DNA from: Candidatus Magasanikbacteria bacterium RIFOXYC2_FULL_42_28
GTDB lineage: Bacteria > Patescibacteriota > Patescibacteriia > Magasanikbacterales > GWA2-37-8
Length of the DNA: 64,000 bases
Direction: 5' to 3'
Assembly (NCBI GenBank): GCA_001784435.1
Contig: MFQZ01000005.1
Coordinates: 25,015-89,014, forward strand
Of this stretch, positions 9,535-19,055 are shown piece by piece. The position numbers and the translations under genes were made by a program. The notes under the pieces are model-generated. The model had not been told where the DNA came from, ran no database searches, and saw only the letters and a program-made list of their open reading frames with translations. Within the stretch, counting starts at the first letter, position 1, and each line of letters begins with the position of its first letter.

Positions 9535-9606
9535 CTCCCAGGGTCGGATTCGAACCGACGACCAACTCGTTAACAGCGAGCTGCGCTACCGCTGCGCTAC
9601 CTGGGA
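9535..9606 (-). tRNA. tRNA-Asn (GTT), CCA not encoded
   Basis: TCCCAGG/CCTGGGA acceptor stem, CT-GTT-AA anticodon loop, GGTTCGAATCC T-arm. Confidence 0.95.
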
Positions 9607-9684
9607 ATAAAATGGGAATTTAAATTGTCTAAAGAACGTGGATATTATATTTAAAAAAAGGTATAATGTCAATAGGTTATACAC

Positions 9685-9948
9685 ATGATTATGAAAAAAG
9701 CGACTTTTAAAGAAAAAATACATAAAATCGTCGCCAAAATCCCCTCAGGCCAGGTTTTAACATACGCCGAAGTGGCCAAACGTGCCGGACGACCTAAGGC
9801 CTATCGCGCGGTGGGGAATATTTTGAACAAAAATTATGATCTAAAAATTCCTTGTCATCGGGTGATTCGTTCGGACGGGCAAAGCGGGGGATATAATCGC
9901 GGGGCAAAAGAAAAGGTTAGGAGATTAAAGGCCGAAAAGGCGATTTGA
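9685..9948 (+). CDS. MGMT family (methylated-DNA-protein-cysteine methyltransferase C-terminal domain)
   Basis: IPSGQVLTYAEVA, RAVG, IPCHRVI active-site motif. Confidence 0.9.
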   Translation: MIMKKATFKEKIHKIVAKIPSGQVLTYAEVAKRAGRPKAYRAVGNILNKNYDLKIPCHRVIRSDGQSGGYNRGAKEKVRRLKAEKAI

Positions 9949-10012
9949 TTAATATGATTGCCAAAATTAAAAATATCGTATAAAATATAATTGTTAATTT
10001 AATAGACGTAGT

Positions 10013-10288
10013 ATGTCAACGCTAGGACCAAAAGAAAGACCGCTGTCAGGTGTATCATCAGCAACACCAGATGGGGAAATGCGACGCAAAAAACGATTAA
10101 CAAGCCGTGAAGTAGATCCTATCATACAGAAATTAAGGACCGTAGTCGCAAACCCCAATACTGGTAGGACTAGTTTGCAGTCAGAGGTTCAAGCCCTATA
10201 CAGAGAAGGATATGTGATTGATGATATTATAAATGCTTTGCCTGATGGTTTAGAAGAGGAATTTTTGGAAGCAATGGGGTTGAGTTAA
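10013..10288 (+). CDS. Hypothetical protein
   Basis: 91-aa ORF followed by hairpin AAATCCTCC/GGGGGATTT plus T-run. Confidence 0.6.
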   Translation: MSTLGPKERPLSGVSSATPDGEMRRKKRLTSREVDPIIQKLRTVVANPNTGRTSLQSEVQALYREGYVIDDIINALPDGLEEEFLEAMGLS

Positions 10289-10435
10289 TAAACACAAACG
10301 ACAGAATGGCGATTTTTTACAAATCCTCCAACCGGGGGATTTTTTGTGATAAAGCATTGACTTTTTTTAAAATATGTGATATTTATTATATAGATTTTTT
10401 TAGTGCCATCAACCTTGTCTTTTTGGAGGACGCAC

Positions 10436-10714
10436 ATGGAAGTGGCAAAGTTGCCAACGATGGCAGAGATTAGAGTAGAGATCTCTGCCGATGAGAAAGT
10501 CACCGAGAAACCCAACAGGATCGCCAGGATGCGTCTGGCGATGTTGGAAGTGTACCTCATCAACGACGGGTGCAAAGAGCCAAGCAACGATTATCCTCGA
10601 CATGGTGCAAAAATCCGCGAAATCAGGGCAGCGCTAACCCAAAAACCAGCGCCTCGCCCCACCGTATCGCGTCGATTGCCGACGCGATCAATCGTGGCCA
10701 GAGACCCGAGGTGA
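10436..10714 (+). CDS. Hypothetical protein
   Basis: TTGACT upstream, GGAGGA SD 5 nt before ATG, downstream GCCCGCCG/CGGTGGGC hairpin. Confidence 0.55.
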   Translation: MEVAKLPTMAEIRVEISADEKVTEKPNRIARMRLAMLEVYLINDGCKEPSNDYPRHGAKIREIRAALTQKPAPRPTVSRRLPTRSIVARDPR

Positions 10715-10838
10715 TTCTCCGGTCCGCGCCCGAACCCACCACAATAGCCCGCCGTGTGTTTCACCGGTGGGCTTCTCTATTTATCGCTACAAAATTGCTT
10801 ATTAAATTACTTTATGATAAAATATATTCACTTATTGT

Positions 10839-11657
10839 ATGTTTTACGCTATAATTTTAGGTATTGTCGAAGGCTTCACCGAATTTTTGCCAATTTCTTC
10901 TACTGGGCATATGATTTTGGTTGGGATGTGGCTCGGCACGGTTAATTCAGAATTTTGGAAAAGTTTTGAGATTGCGATTCAGCTCGGCGCAATTTTGGCC
11001 GTGGTCGTTTTATATTGGAAAAAAATTTGGGATGTAAAAAATGTTTGGCCGAAATTGTTGGTGGCGTTTTTGCCGACGGCGGTAATTGGGCTGGCGCTTT
11101 ATAAAATTGTTAAGCATTATTTATTGGGGAATGGTATGGTGGTGTTGGGGGCTTTGTTTATCGGCGGTGTCGTGATTATTTTGTTTGAGAGATATTATGA
11201 GAAAAAACACGCTTCGGAGGCAAATCAAACTTTAAGGGATTCCTCGACTTCGCTCGGAATGACAATTGATAGTTTTGAAAAAATTACTTATCGCCAAGCA
11301 TTTTACATCGGCCTATTTCAATCGATCGCGATTATCCCGGGCGTATCGCGCAGTGCGGCGACGATTATCGGTGGGCTCGCTTTAGGATTATCACGGCCGT
11401 TAATTATAGAATTTTCTTTTTTATTAGCCGTGCCAACTATGGCCGCGGCCACCGGACTGGATTTATTAAAAAGTGGCTTTAATTTTTCCGGCACAGAGTG
11501 GGGGATAATGGCTGTAGGATTTACCACTGCCTTTTTAACCGCTCTAGTTGCAATAAAATGGCTTTTGCGGTATATTACTAAGCACGACTTTACTATTTTT
11601 GGATGGTATAGGATCGCATTGGTCATGCTATGGCTAATTGTAATTTTAACTTTTTAA
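10839..11657 (+). CDS. uppP: Undecaprenyl-diphosphate phosphatase (with in-frame repeat insert)
   Basis: VEGFTEFLPISSTGH, IQLGAILAV, PGVSRSAAT. Confidence 0.95.
   Translation: MFYAIILGIVEGFTEFLPISSTGHMILVGMWLGTVNSEFWKSFEIAIQLGAILAVVVLYWKKIWDVKNVWPKLLVAFLPTAVIGLALYKIVKHYLLGNGMVVLGALFIGGVVIILFERYYEKKHASEANQTLRDSSTSLGMTIDSFEKITYRQAFYIGLFQSIAIIPGVSRSAATIIGGLALGLSRPLIIEFSFLLAVPTMAAATGLDLLKSGFNFSGTEWGIMAVGFTTAFLTALVAIKWLLRYITKHDFTIFGWYRIALVMLWLIVILTF
11231..11264. repeat. Family A right arm, in frame inside uppP
   Basis: TTTAAGGGATTCCTCGACTTCGCTCGGAATGACA encodes LRDSSTSLGMT; matches the intergenic copy at 53931. Confidence 0.9.
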
Positions 11658-11659
11658 AA

Positions 11660-11722
11660 ATCGAAGAATAAAGATTAAAGATTGAATTAAAAAAAATCTT
11701 TAATCTTAAATCTTTAATCTTT
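11660..11722. repeat. Palindromic element family D (AAGATT(A/G) / (T/C)AATCTT heptads)
   Basis: AAGAATAAAGATTAAAGATTGAA...AATCTTTAATCTTAAATCTTTAATCTT; related copy at 21737. Confidence 0.8.
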
Positions 11723-11727
11723 CACTT

Positions 11728-12957
11728 ATGAAACAATCCCAACTATTCACCAAAACCACCAAGCAAATTTCCAAAGAAGAAGTTAGCTTAAACGCGCAAC
11801 TTTTACAGCGCGCCGGATTTGTAGAAAAACTAATGGCGGGTGCCTATACCTATTCACCGCTCGGCCTTAGGGTATTACGAAAAATTGAAAATATCGTGCG
11901 TGAAGAAATGAATAAAATCGGCGGGCAGGAAGTTTTGATGCCGATGCTCCACCCTAAAGAAAATTGGGTGACTACCGGTGGTTGGGATAGCATTGACATT
12001 TTATTTAAAGTGCCAAGCCGAACCGAAAAAGAATATGCTTTGGGCCAAAGCGAAGAAGAAATCGTAACGCCATTTGTAATGAAGCGGGTGAATACCTACA
12101 GAGAATTACCACTTGCCGTCTATCAAATTCATTGGAAATTTCGTGATGAATTACGCGCTAAATCAGGGCTGTTGCGCGGCCGCGAATTTCTGATGAAAGA
12201 CATGTATAGTTTTAATGAAGATCAAGCTGATTTTGATAGATTTTATGCTATTGCTAAACAAGCATATTTGGCCATATTCAAACGAATGGGGCTGACTGCC
12301 AAAGTTACCGAGGCCTCCGGCGGATCATTTAGTGAAAAAATTTCTTACGAATTCATGGTTTTAACAGACGCGGGTGAGGACGATATTTTATATTGTAGTG
12401 ATTGTGACTTTTGCGTGAACGTCGAAATTTCTAAACAAAAAATCGGTGAGACATGCTCGCGTTGTAATAAAGGTAAAATGGAGCGCGCGACCGCATCTGA
12501 AGTAGGCAATGTCTTTGACTTGGGCCAAAAGTATGGCAAGGCCTTTGATTTGGGTTTTATAGGGCGCGATGGCAAGAAACAATTTCCAGTAATGGGTTGC
12601 TATGGAATCGGAATTTCGCGCGCTATGGGTGTAATCGTTGAAAAAAATAATGACGCCAAAGGTATAATCTGGCCAGCATCGGTCGCGCCGTTTCAATATC
12701 ATTTAATTTGTTTGGGCGATGATGCGGAAGTTAAAGCGACAGCCGATAAATTATATGCCGATATGACCGCTCAAGGCAAAGAGGTTTTATATGATGACCG
12801 AGCCGACACAGGCGCCGGCGCGAAATTCGCGGACGCGGATTTGATTGGATTGCCGACGCGGTTAGTGATTTCAGCCAAGACATTAAAAGAAAATGCGGTG
12901 GAGGTCAAAAATAGAAATGAAGAAAAGGCGGAGTTATTGCCATTAAGCCAATTTTAA
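11728..12957 (+). CDS. proS: Proline--tRNA ligase (short form without editing domain)
   Basis: KFRDELRAKSGLLRGREFLMKDMYSF, MGCYGIGISR, GAKFADADLIG. Confidence 0.95.
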   Translation: MKQSQLFTKTTKQISKEEVSLNAQLLQRAGFVEKLMAGAYTYSPLGLRVLRKIENIVREEMNKIGGQEVLMPMLHPKENWVTTGGWDSIDILFKVPSRTEKEYALGQSEEEIVTPFVMKRVNTYRELPLAVYQIHWKFRDELRAKSGLLRGREFLMKDMYSFNEDQADFDRFYAIAKQAYLAIFKRMGLTAKVTEASGGSFSEKISYEFMVLTDAGEDDILYCSDCDFCVNVEISKQKIGETCSRCNKGKMERATASEVGNVFDLGQKYGKAFDLGFIGRDGKKQFPVMGCYGIGISRAMGVIVEKNNDAKGIIWPASVAPFQYHLICLGDDAEVKATADKLYADMTAQGKEVLYDDRADTGAGAKFADADLIGLPTRLVISAKTLKENAVEVKNRNEEKAELLPLSQF

Positions 12958-13064
12958 TTTCAAATTTCCAATATCCAATGTCAAATCAATGTCAAAGCCA
13001 AAATATCAAATTTGATATTGGGATTTTGGATTTGGTTGGAAATTGGGAATTTTGATTTTGACAT
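12956..13064. repeat. Family B element (reverse orientation relative to 20841)
   Basis: Near reverse complement of 20841-20950. Confidence 0.9.
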
Positions 13065-13089
13065 GATTAATATTTACAGCAGCAAACAC

Positions 13090-13118
13090 TTGACAGGATT
13101 TTAATTATATCATACTAT
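13090..13118 (+). promoter_or_regulatory. Sigma70-type promoter
   Basis: TTGACA-17nt-TACTAT. Confidence 0.75.
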
Positions 13119-13146
13119 ATAAGTATAGATTGGAATAATAATCATT

Positions 13147-13725
13147 ATGCCCTACGAAATTGTCTTTGATATTGAGACCCAAAATACCTTTGCCGACGTC
13201 AATAACGACTTTAAAAAATTATTAATTTCCTGCGTTTCTATTTATCGTTCGGATACGGACAGTTACCACAGTTTTGAAGAGAAAGAACTAGGCCAGTTGT
13301 GGCCGATTTTGGAAAAATGTGATCGGTTAATCGGATTTAACAGCGGACATTTTGATATTCCGGTTTTAAATAATTATTATTCCGGCGATTTAAGTAAATT
13401 CCCGCATTTGGATATTATGGATTCGGTTAAGGAAGCGCTCGGGATTCGGCTTAAACTGGCCGACATCGCGGCCGCGACTTTGGATAATGTTACCAAAAGC
13501 GCCGATGGCTTGCAGGCGATTCGCTGGTGGAAAGAGGGAAAAATTGAGGAAATAAAAAAATATTGCGAGCAGGATGTGCGCGTGACGAAAGAATTATACG
13601 ATTTTGGATTAGCCAACAACCAATTATTTTACAAAAGTTTTAAAGGAGAAGTTTTGCCGTTTGCGGTAAATTTTAAACCTCCCGCCACTGTGGCACAGGC
13701 GATAAATTATACGTTACCATTTTGA
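13147..13725 (+). CDS. RNase H-like (DEDD/YprB-type) domain protein
   Basis: VFDIET, GFNSGHFDIP, KYCEQDV. Confidence 0.8.
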   Translation: MPYEIVFDIETQNTFADVNNDFKKLLISCVSIYRSDTDSYHSFEEKELGQLWPILEKCDRLIGFNSGHFDIPVLNNYYSGDLSKFPHLDIMDSVKEALGIRLKLADIAAATLDNVTKSADGLQAIRWWKEGKIEEIKKYCEQDVRVTKELYDFGLANNQLFYKSFKGEVLPFAVNFKPPATVAQAINYTLPF

Positions 13726-13726
13726 T

Positions 13727-14116
13727 ATGTTTTCTCTCCGCCGCGAAACCGACTATGCCCTGCGTTTATTAAAAACGCTTTCCACCGCGCCCAAAGGCCG
13801 CGCCAGTTTGATGACTGTTTCTAACCAAACCGGCATTTCATTTTTATTTTTACAAAAAATCGCCCGCAAATTACGGATCGCCGGGTTAATTAAATCTACC
13901 AAAGGTGTGAGCGGTGGTTATGAATTAAAAATCAAACCCAATAAATTAAGTTTAAAAAATATTATTTCGGTAGTGGAGGGTGGTTGTGCGCTGTGGTCGT
14001 GTTGCGAAGGTGGTGGCGGGTGCGCGCAGGAAAAATGCGGTATTCGTAAACGCGCGAAAACGGTTAATAAAAAAGTATTGAAATTTTTAACGGATGTGAA
14101 GTTGAGTGATTTTTAA
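13727..14116 (+). CDS. Rrf2 family transcriptional regulator (IscR-like)
   Basis: TDYALR, GVSGGYEL, C-terminal Cys cluster; upstream of iscS. Confidence 0.85.
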   Translation: MFSLRRETDYALRLLKTLSTAPKGRASLMTVSNQTGISFLFLQKIARKLRIAGLIKSTKGVSGGYELKIKPNKLSLKNIISVVEGGCALWSCCEGGGGCAQEKCGIRKRAKTVNKKVLKFLTDVKLSDF

Positions 14117-14118
14117 TT

Positions 14119-15363
14119 ATGCCCTTACCAAAACTTAAAAAAGTTCGCGACGTTTATCTTGACCATGCGGCCACGACTTATGTAATTCCCGCAGTGGCCA
14201 AAGCGATGGCGCCGTACATTGAAACCAATTACGCCAATCCGTCTTCTTTGTATAGATTAGGACGAATTAACAACGGCGCGATTAATGACGCGCGCCGAAC
14301 GATTGCCCAAGGCCTTGGCACAATGCCAGACACGATTGTGTTTACGGCTGGCGGAACAGAATCTGACAACCTGGCGATTTTTGGTGTCGCCAAGGCCAAC
14401 GCTGACCGAGGCAAGCATATTGTTTCTATTGGCATTGAACATCACGCTGTCCTGCATTCTTTGCGCGAATTAAAAAAAGACGGTTATGAAATTACTTTTG
14501 TGCCGGTGGATGGCGAAGGGATAGTTAAAGTAGAAGATATTGTCGCCGCGATTCGTCCGGACACAATTTTAATTACGGTAATGTTCGCCAACAACGAAGT
14601 GGGCACAATTGAACCGATTGCCGACATCGGCCGTGCTATTCTAAAATATCGTCAAACCAATAAAACTATTTACCCATATTTCCACTCAGACGCCTGCCAA
14701 GCGGCTGGCTATTTAGATTTAGATGTTGAGAAATTGCACGTTGATTTATTAACAATTAACGGTGGAAAAATTTACGGACCCAAAGGCGTTGGCGCACTAT
14801 ACATTCGTCGCGGGGTAAAAATTCGCCCGATGATTTGGGGCGGAGGACAGGAACGCGCTATGCGCTCGGGCACGGAAAATATTTCTGGCATAGTTGGTTT
14901 CGCTAAAGCATTTGAGTTGGCACAAACGTCTCGTGAAAAAGAGTGGAAACGCGTTTTGGAAATTGCTAAATATCTGTGGGAACGAGTACAAAAAGAAATT
15001 CCCAAAGTGCGCCTGAATGGGCCACCTTTTGGCGTTAATCGTTTGCCCAACAATGTCAATATTACTTTTATGGATGTGGAAGGCGAGGCGATGCTACTCT
15101 ATTTAGATGAATACGGCATTATGGCCTCAACCGGCTCAGCTTGCACCTCAACTTCCTTGGAACCATCGCACGTAATCACCGGCATGGGCTTACCTTACGA
15201 ATACGCCCACGGCTCAATGCGTTTCACCTTTGGCAAACGCAATACCAAAGCGGACGTAGATTATTTAATGAAAGTTTTTCCGGAAATTGTACGGGTACTG
15301 CGCGAAATTTCGCCAGTGGTGTTGGAAGAGGGAAAAAAGCACGCGAAGATTCATCAAAGATAA
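14119..15363 (+). CDS. iscS: Cysteine desulfurase
   Basis: YLDHAATT, GGTESDN, KIYGPKGVG, RSGTEN, STGSACTS. Confidence 0.9.
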   Translation: MPLPKLKKVRDVYLDHAATTYVIPAVAKAMAPYIETNYANPSSLYRLGRINNGAINDARRTIAQGLGTMPDTIVFTAGGTESDNLAIFGVAKANADRGKHIVSIGIEHHAVLHSLRELKKDGYEITFVPVDGEGIVKVEDIVAAIRPDTILITVMFANNEVGTIEPIADIGRAILKYRQTNKTIYPYFHSDACQAAGYLDLDVEKLHVDLLTINGGKIYGPKGVGALYIRRGVKIRPMIWGGGQERAMRSGTENISGIVGFAKAFELAQTSREKEWKRVLEIAKYLWERVQKEIPKVRLNGPPFGVNRLPNNVNITFMDVEGEAMLLYLDEYGIMASTGSACTSTSLEPSHVITGMGLPYEYAHGSMRFTFGKRNTKADVDYLMKVFPEIVRVLREISPVVLEEGKKHAKIHQR

Positions 15364-15372
15364 AATTCACAT

Positions 15373-15470
15373 TGTCATTCCGACGACGAAGGAGGAATCT
15401 CTATCCCGTTAGTGATTTTACAGCCAAATGGAGATCTCCCGTCGGATGCGAATCCTCGCTCGGGATGACA
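15373..15470. repeat. Family A element between iscS and iscU
   Basis: TGTCATTCCGACGACGAAGGAGGAATCTC...CTCGCTCGGGATGACA. Confidence 0.9.
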
Positions 15471-15498
15471 AATGAATTGTTTAATTAATTAAAATATT

Positions 15499-16209
15499 AT
15501 GCCTACCAAAACAAAATCCAAAATAAAAATCACCAACAAAAAAGTGGTCCAAAAGAAAAATTTAAAAGAAGAAGTGGATGTGCGCACGCCCGATGGTGGC
15601 GGTTGGCTTTATTCTGATATTGTCAAAGACCACTTTTTTAATCCCCGCAATTTTATGCAATATGGGGAAGAAGAAAAGTTCAAATTTAATGGTATCGGGC
15701 GTGTCGGCAGTCCGGCTTGTGGCGATGAAATGGTTTTGTGGGTGCAAATTGATCCGAAAACTGAAAAAATCAGTCAGTGCCGTTGGCGCACCTTTGGTTG
15801 TGGCAGTGCAATTGCTTCCACGAGCGCATTGTCGGAAATGATTGTAGAAAATAGCGGAATGAAAATTGATGAGGCGTTAAAATTAAAACCACAAAATATT
15901 TTGGAGCGTTTGGGTGGTTTGCCTAACCGCAAAGTTCACTGCTCGGTGTTGGGTGACAAGGCCTTACAGTCGGCGATCAACGACTTTTTTCGTAATACCG
16001 CCCAACACAGCCGCGTTCAAACCGCTGGCGCGAAAGTAATTGATAAAGAATTAAATGTTACCGACCACGATATTGAAGAGGCGGTTTTGGAAGGCGCGCA
16101 AAATTTGGAGGACTTACAACATAAATTAAAAGTGGGGGTATTTAATAAAGAAGTAATCCCGCAATTGGAAGATTTACTTCGCTTTTACAATGAAAAATAT
16201 TATGGCTAA
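15499..16209 (+). CDS. iscU: Fe-S scaffold IscU/NifU-N with a Cys-less BFD-like C-terminal domain
   Basis: DHFFNPRN, GSPACGD, FGCGSAIAS, LPNRKVHCS. Confidence 0.85.
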   Translation: MPTKTKSKIKITNKKVVQKKNLKEEVDVRTPDGGGWLYSDIVKDHFFNPRNFMQYGEEEKFKFNGIGRVGSPACGDEMVLWVQIDPKTEKISQCRWRTFGCGSAIASTSALSEMIVENSGMKIDEALKLKPQNILERLGGLPNRKVHCSVLGDKALQSAINDFFRNTAQHSRVQTAGAKVIDKELNVTDHDIEEAVLEGAQNLEDLQHKLKVGVFNKEVIPQLEDLLRFYNEKYYG

Positions 16210-16525
16210 AAATATTGTACGTGTCTGTTGCGGTATGACCTGTGGTATTACCGGCTCCAGAAAAATAATGTCAAAATTAGAAGAATCAATGGGCTTAAAA
16301 GCCGGCGAACAGAACGAAGAAAATGACCTGGGTTTTTGCGGTTGCACGGGTTATTGCCATATGGCGCCCAATGTCGTGATTAATGATAACGAAATCCACC
16401 ATGTTAACCCTGATACCGTGACCAAGGATGTAGAGGAAGAAAAAAAGAAACCAGCCGGTTCGGAAAAACCGCCCGAAGCCACGGCCGAGGAAATTATGAA
16501 TTTGGATTTTTTGGGGGACCTTTAA
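16202..16525 (+). CDS. Thioredoxin-like [2Fe-2S] ferredoxin (NuoE-like)
   Basis: VRVCCGMTC...CTGYCHMAPNVVIN. Confidence 0.8.
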   Translation: MAKNIVRVCCGMTCGITGSRKIMSKLEESMGLKAGEQNEENDLGFCGCTGYCHMAPNVVINDNEIHHVNPDTVTKDVEEEKKKPAGSEKPPEATAEEIMNLDFLGDL

Positions 16526-16559
16526 TTTTAAATTTCAGATTTATAATCTCAGAATTGCG

Positions 16560-16590
16560 AACCTCAGCCTTCACTGGCTGAGGTTTTATT
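16560..16590 (+). terminator. Terminator of the isc operon
   Basis: AACCTCAGCC-TTCACT-GGCTGAGGTT-TTATT. Confidence 0.8.
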
Positions 16591-16633
16591 ATGATTATTT
16601 GCTTTTTAGCTTTCTTTTTGCTAAAATATACCC

Positions 16634-17395
16634 ATGGAAAAAGGCAAATTATACATCGTCGCCACGCCCATTGGGAATTTGGACGACATTACTTTACGCG
16701 CTTTAGCGACTTTAAAGAGCGTTGATTTTATTTTGTGCGAAGATACGCGCGTGACGAAAAATTTATTAGACCGGTATGAGATTGTGAAACCGACGATTTC
16801 GTATCATCAACATAGCGACGCGCGCAAGACCAAAGAAATTATTGAATTGTTAGAAAACGGTAAAAATTTGGCGTTAGTAACGGACGCGGGCACGCCGGGA
16901 ATTTCTGATCCGGGGAATTTGTTGATTGCCACCCTACTGTCATTTCGAACCCACGCAGTGGGTGAGAAATCTCCATCCCGTTCGCCCAACGACAATGGAG
17001 ATTCCTCGTCGCTTCGCTCGCTCGGAATGACAAATGACGACAAAGTACAAATTGTCCCCATTCCTGGCCCCTGCGCCGCTATCGCCGCCCTCTCTATTTC
17101 CGGCTTCCCAACTGACAAATATTTTTTCATGGGATTTCCGCCCCATAAAAATAAACGGCATAAATTTTTTCAAGAAGTTGCCACTGCCAAATACACTGTC
17201 GTATTTTACGAATCCGGCCATCGTATTACCAAATGCCTGACTGAATTACAAAAATTTTTAAAACCGGAACAAAAAATAATTATCGCCCGCGAACTTACCA
17301 AAAAATTTGAAACAATTTATCGCGGTACGGCTGGTGATATTGGTAATATGCAGGTGGAAGAACGAGGGGAGTTTACCGTGATAATTTCTAATTAA
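16634..17395 (+). CDS. rsmI: 16S rRNA C1402 2'-O-methyltransferase (with in-frame repeat insert)
   Basis: LYIVATPIGNL, CEDTR, DAGTPGISDPG, ARELTKKFE. Confidence 0.95.
   Translation: MEKGKLYIVATPIGNLDDITLRALATLKSVDFILCEDTRVTKNLLDRYEIVKPTISYHQHSDARKTKEIIELLENGKNLALVTDAGTPGISDPGNLLIATLLSFRTHAVGEKSPSRSPNDNGDSSSLRSLGMTNDDKVQIVPIPGPCAAIAALSISGFPTDKYFFMGFPPHKNKRHKFFQEVATAKYTVVFYESGHRITKCLTELQKFLKPEQKIIIARELTKKFETIYRGTAGDIGNMQVEERGEFTVIISN
16938..17032. repeat. Complete family A element in frame inside rsmI
   Basis: TGTCATTTCGAACC...GAGAAATCTCCAT...ATGGAGATTCCTCG...CTCGGAATGACA encodes LSFRTH...SLGMT. Confidence 0.95.
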
Positions 17396-17492
17396 CTAAT
17401 TCACTAATTTCTAATAAAATACTAAATTCAAAAGATACTTAAAGCATTGGTAATTTTATTAGTTAATTAGCGAATTAGGCCTTAGCGAATTT
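17390..17492. repeat. Palindromic element family C (CTAATT / AATTAG periodic)
   Basis: Reverse complement closely matches 63290-63390. Confidence 0.85.
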
Positions 17493-17504
17493 TAAAATAT
17501 TTTT

Positions 17505-19046
17505 ATGTCACAAAAGCAAAAATATTACCTCACCACCGCCATACCCTACGCCAATGCCGACCCGCACATCGGCTTTGCTTTGGAATTATTATACACCGAC
17601 ATCATGGCACGCTACCAACGTTTGCTTGGCAAAGACGTATATTTTTTAACCGGCACGGACGAACACGGCCAAAAAATGTACCGCACAGCTACGGCGCTGG
17701 GCGTAAAAGTGGAAGATTTTGCCGCGGAAAAATCCGCGCGATATTTAAAATTAGCCGACGAATGGAATGTTACTAATAACGATTTTATCCGTACAACCGA
17801 ACCGCGCCACGAGCAAAGCGTACAAAAATTTTGGAACGCATCGTTGAAATCCGGTGATATTTACAAAAAATCTTATACCGGATTATATTGCACCGGCTGT
17901 GAATCATTTAAAACCGAAAAAGATTTGGTAGACGGCAAATGTAGCGACCACAATAAAGAACCGGAGGAATTATCCGAAGAAAATTATTTTTTTCGCTTAT
18001 CAAAATATCAAGAACCCTTAAAATTTTTATTTGAGGAAGCCAATCCGGATTTTGTTTACCCCCCCAGTCGCGGTAAAGAAATGTATAATATTTTGAAAAA
18101 CGGATTAGACGATATTAGTATTTCTCGATCCAAAGAAAAATTAACTTGGGGAGTGCCGGTGCCTGACGACGACACGCAGGTGATGTATGTTTGGTTTGAC
18201 GCGCTTACCAATTATATTACGGCCTTAGGGTGGGGGAGCGACGACGAAACTTTATTCAAAAAATACTGGCCGGCAGACGCGCATGTAATTGGCAAAGAAA
18301 TTAATCGCTTCCATAGTTTACTTTGGCCGGCGATGTTAATGTCAGCCGGTGTGGAATTGCCCAAACAAATCGCGGTGCATGGTTGGATGACGGTGGACGG
18401 ACAAAAAATGAGCAAAACTATCGGCAATGTCATTGACCCGTTAAAATTAATTGAACAATATCCGTTAGAAGCGGTGCGTTATTTTTTGGCGCGCGAAATT
18501 CCGTTTAATAATGATGGTGATTTTTCCGATACCAAATTCCGCGACCGCTATGCCGGCGACTTGGCTAATGGTTTGGGAAATTTTACCAGTCGAGTATTAT
18601 CAATGATTGAAAAATATGCCGAGGGGGTCGTGCCGAAAGTGGAAAATATAAATACTGATTTAAATAAGTATTTAAATCATGATATCTGGCCGGCTTATAC
18701 GAGCGCGATGGATAAATGGGATTTTTGCACCGCTCTCACCATTACCAATAAATTTATCACCCATTGCGACCAGATGATTTCCGATCAGCAACCATGGGCA
18801 ATGGCGAAAGCGGGTAAAATGACCGAGGTAAGTGATTTACTCTACCATTTGGCCGAGGCCTTACGCCACATCGCGATTATGATTTGGCCGGTGATGCCGG
18901 AGACATCAGAAAAAATTATCACGCAATTGGGATTAGATACCGCGATTGAATTTGCGAAACCGCTTGACGAATTAAATCAATGGGTGGATTTAACCGTTGG
19001 TAATAAAATTAACAAGGGGGAAATTTTATTTCCTCGTTTAACATAA
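17505..19046 (+). CDS. metG: Methionine--tRNA ligase
   Basis: PHIG (HIGH), TGTDEHGQK, YVWFDAL, KMSKT. Confidence 0.95.
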   Translation: MSQKQKYYLTTAIPYANADPHIGFALELLYTDIMARYQRLLGKDVYFLTGTDEHGQKMYRTATALGVKVEDFAAEKSARYLKLADEWNVTNNDFIRTTEPRHEQSVQKFWNASLKSGDIYKKSYTGLYCTGCESFKTEKDLVDGKCSDHNKEPEELSEENYFFRLSKYQEPLKFLFEEANPDFVYPPSRGKEMYNILKNGLDDISISRSKEKLTWGVPVPDDDTQVMYVWFDALTNYITALGWGSDDETLFKKYWPADAHVIGKEINRFHSLLWPAMLMSAGVELPKQIAVHGWMTVDGQKMSKTIGNVIDPLKLIEQYPLEAVRYFLAREIPFNNDGDFSDTKFRDRYAGDLANGLGNFTSRVLSMIEKYAEGVVPKVENINTDLNKYLNHDIWPAYTSAMDKWDFCTALTITNKFITHCDQMISDQQPWAMAKAGKMTEVSDLLYHLAEALRHIAIMIWPVMPETSEKIITQLGLDTAIEFAKPLDELNQWVDLTVGNKINKGEILFPRLT

Positions 19047-19055
19047 TTTTGTCAT

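Noticed and set aside
11728-12957. Short ProRS and short AtpH as pseudogenes
   Set aside because: Catalytic and terminal motifs are intact; compact forms are expected in reduced genomes
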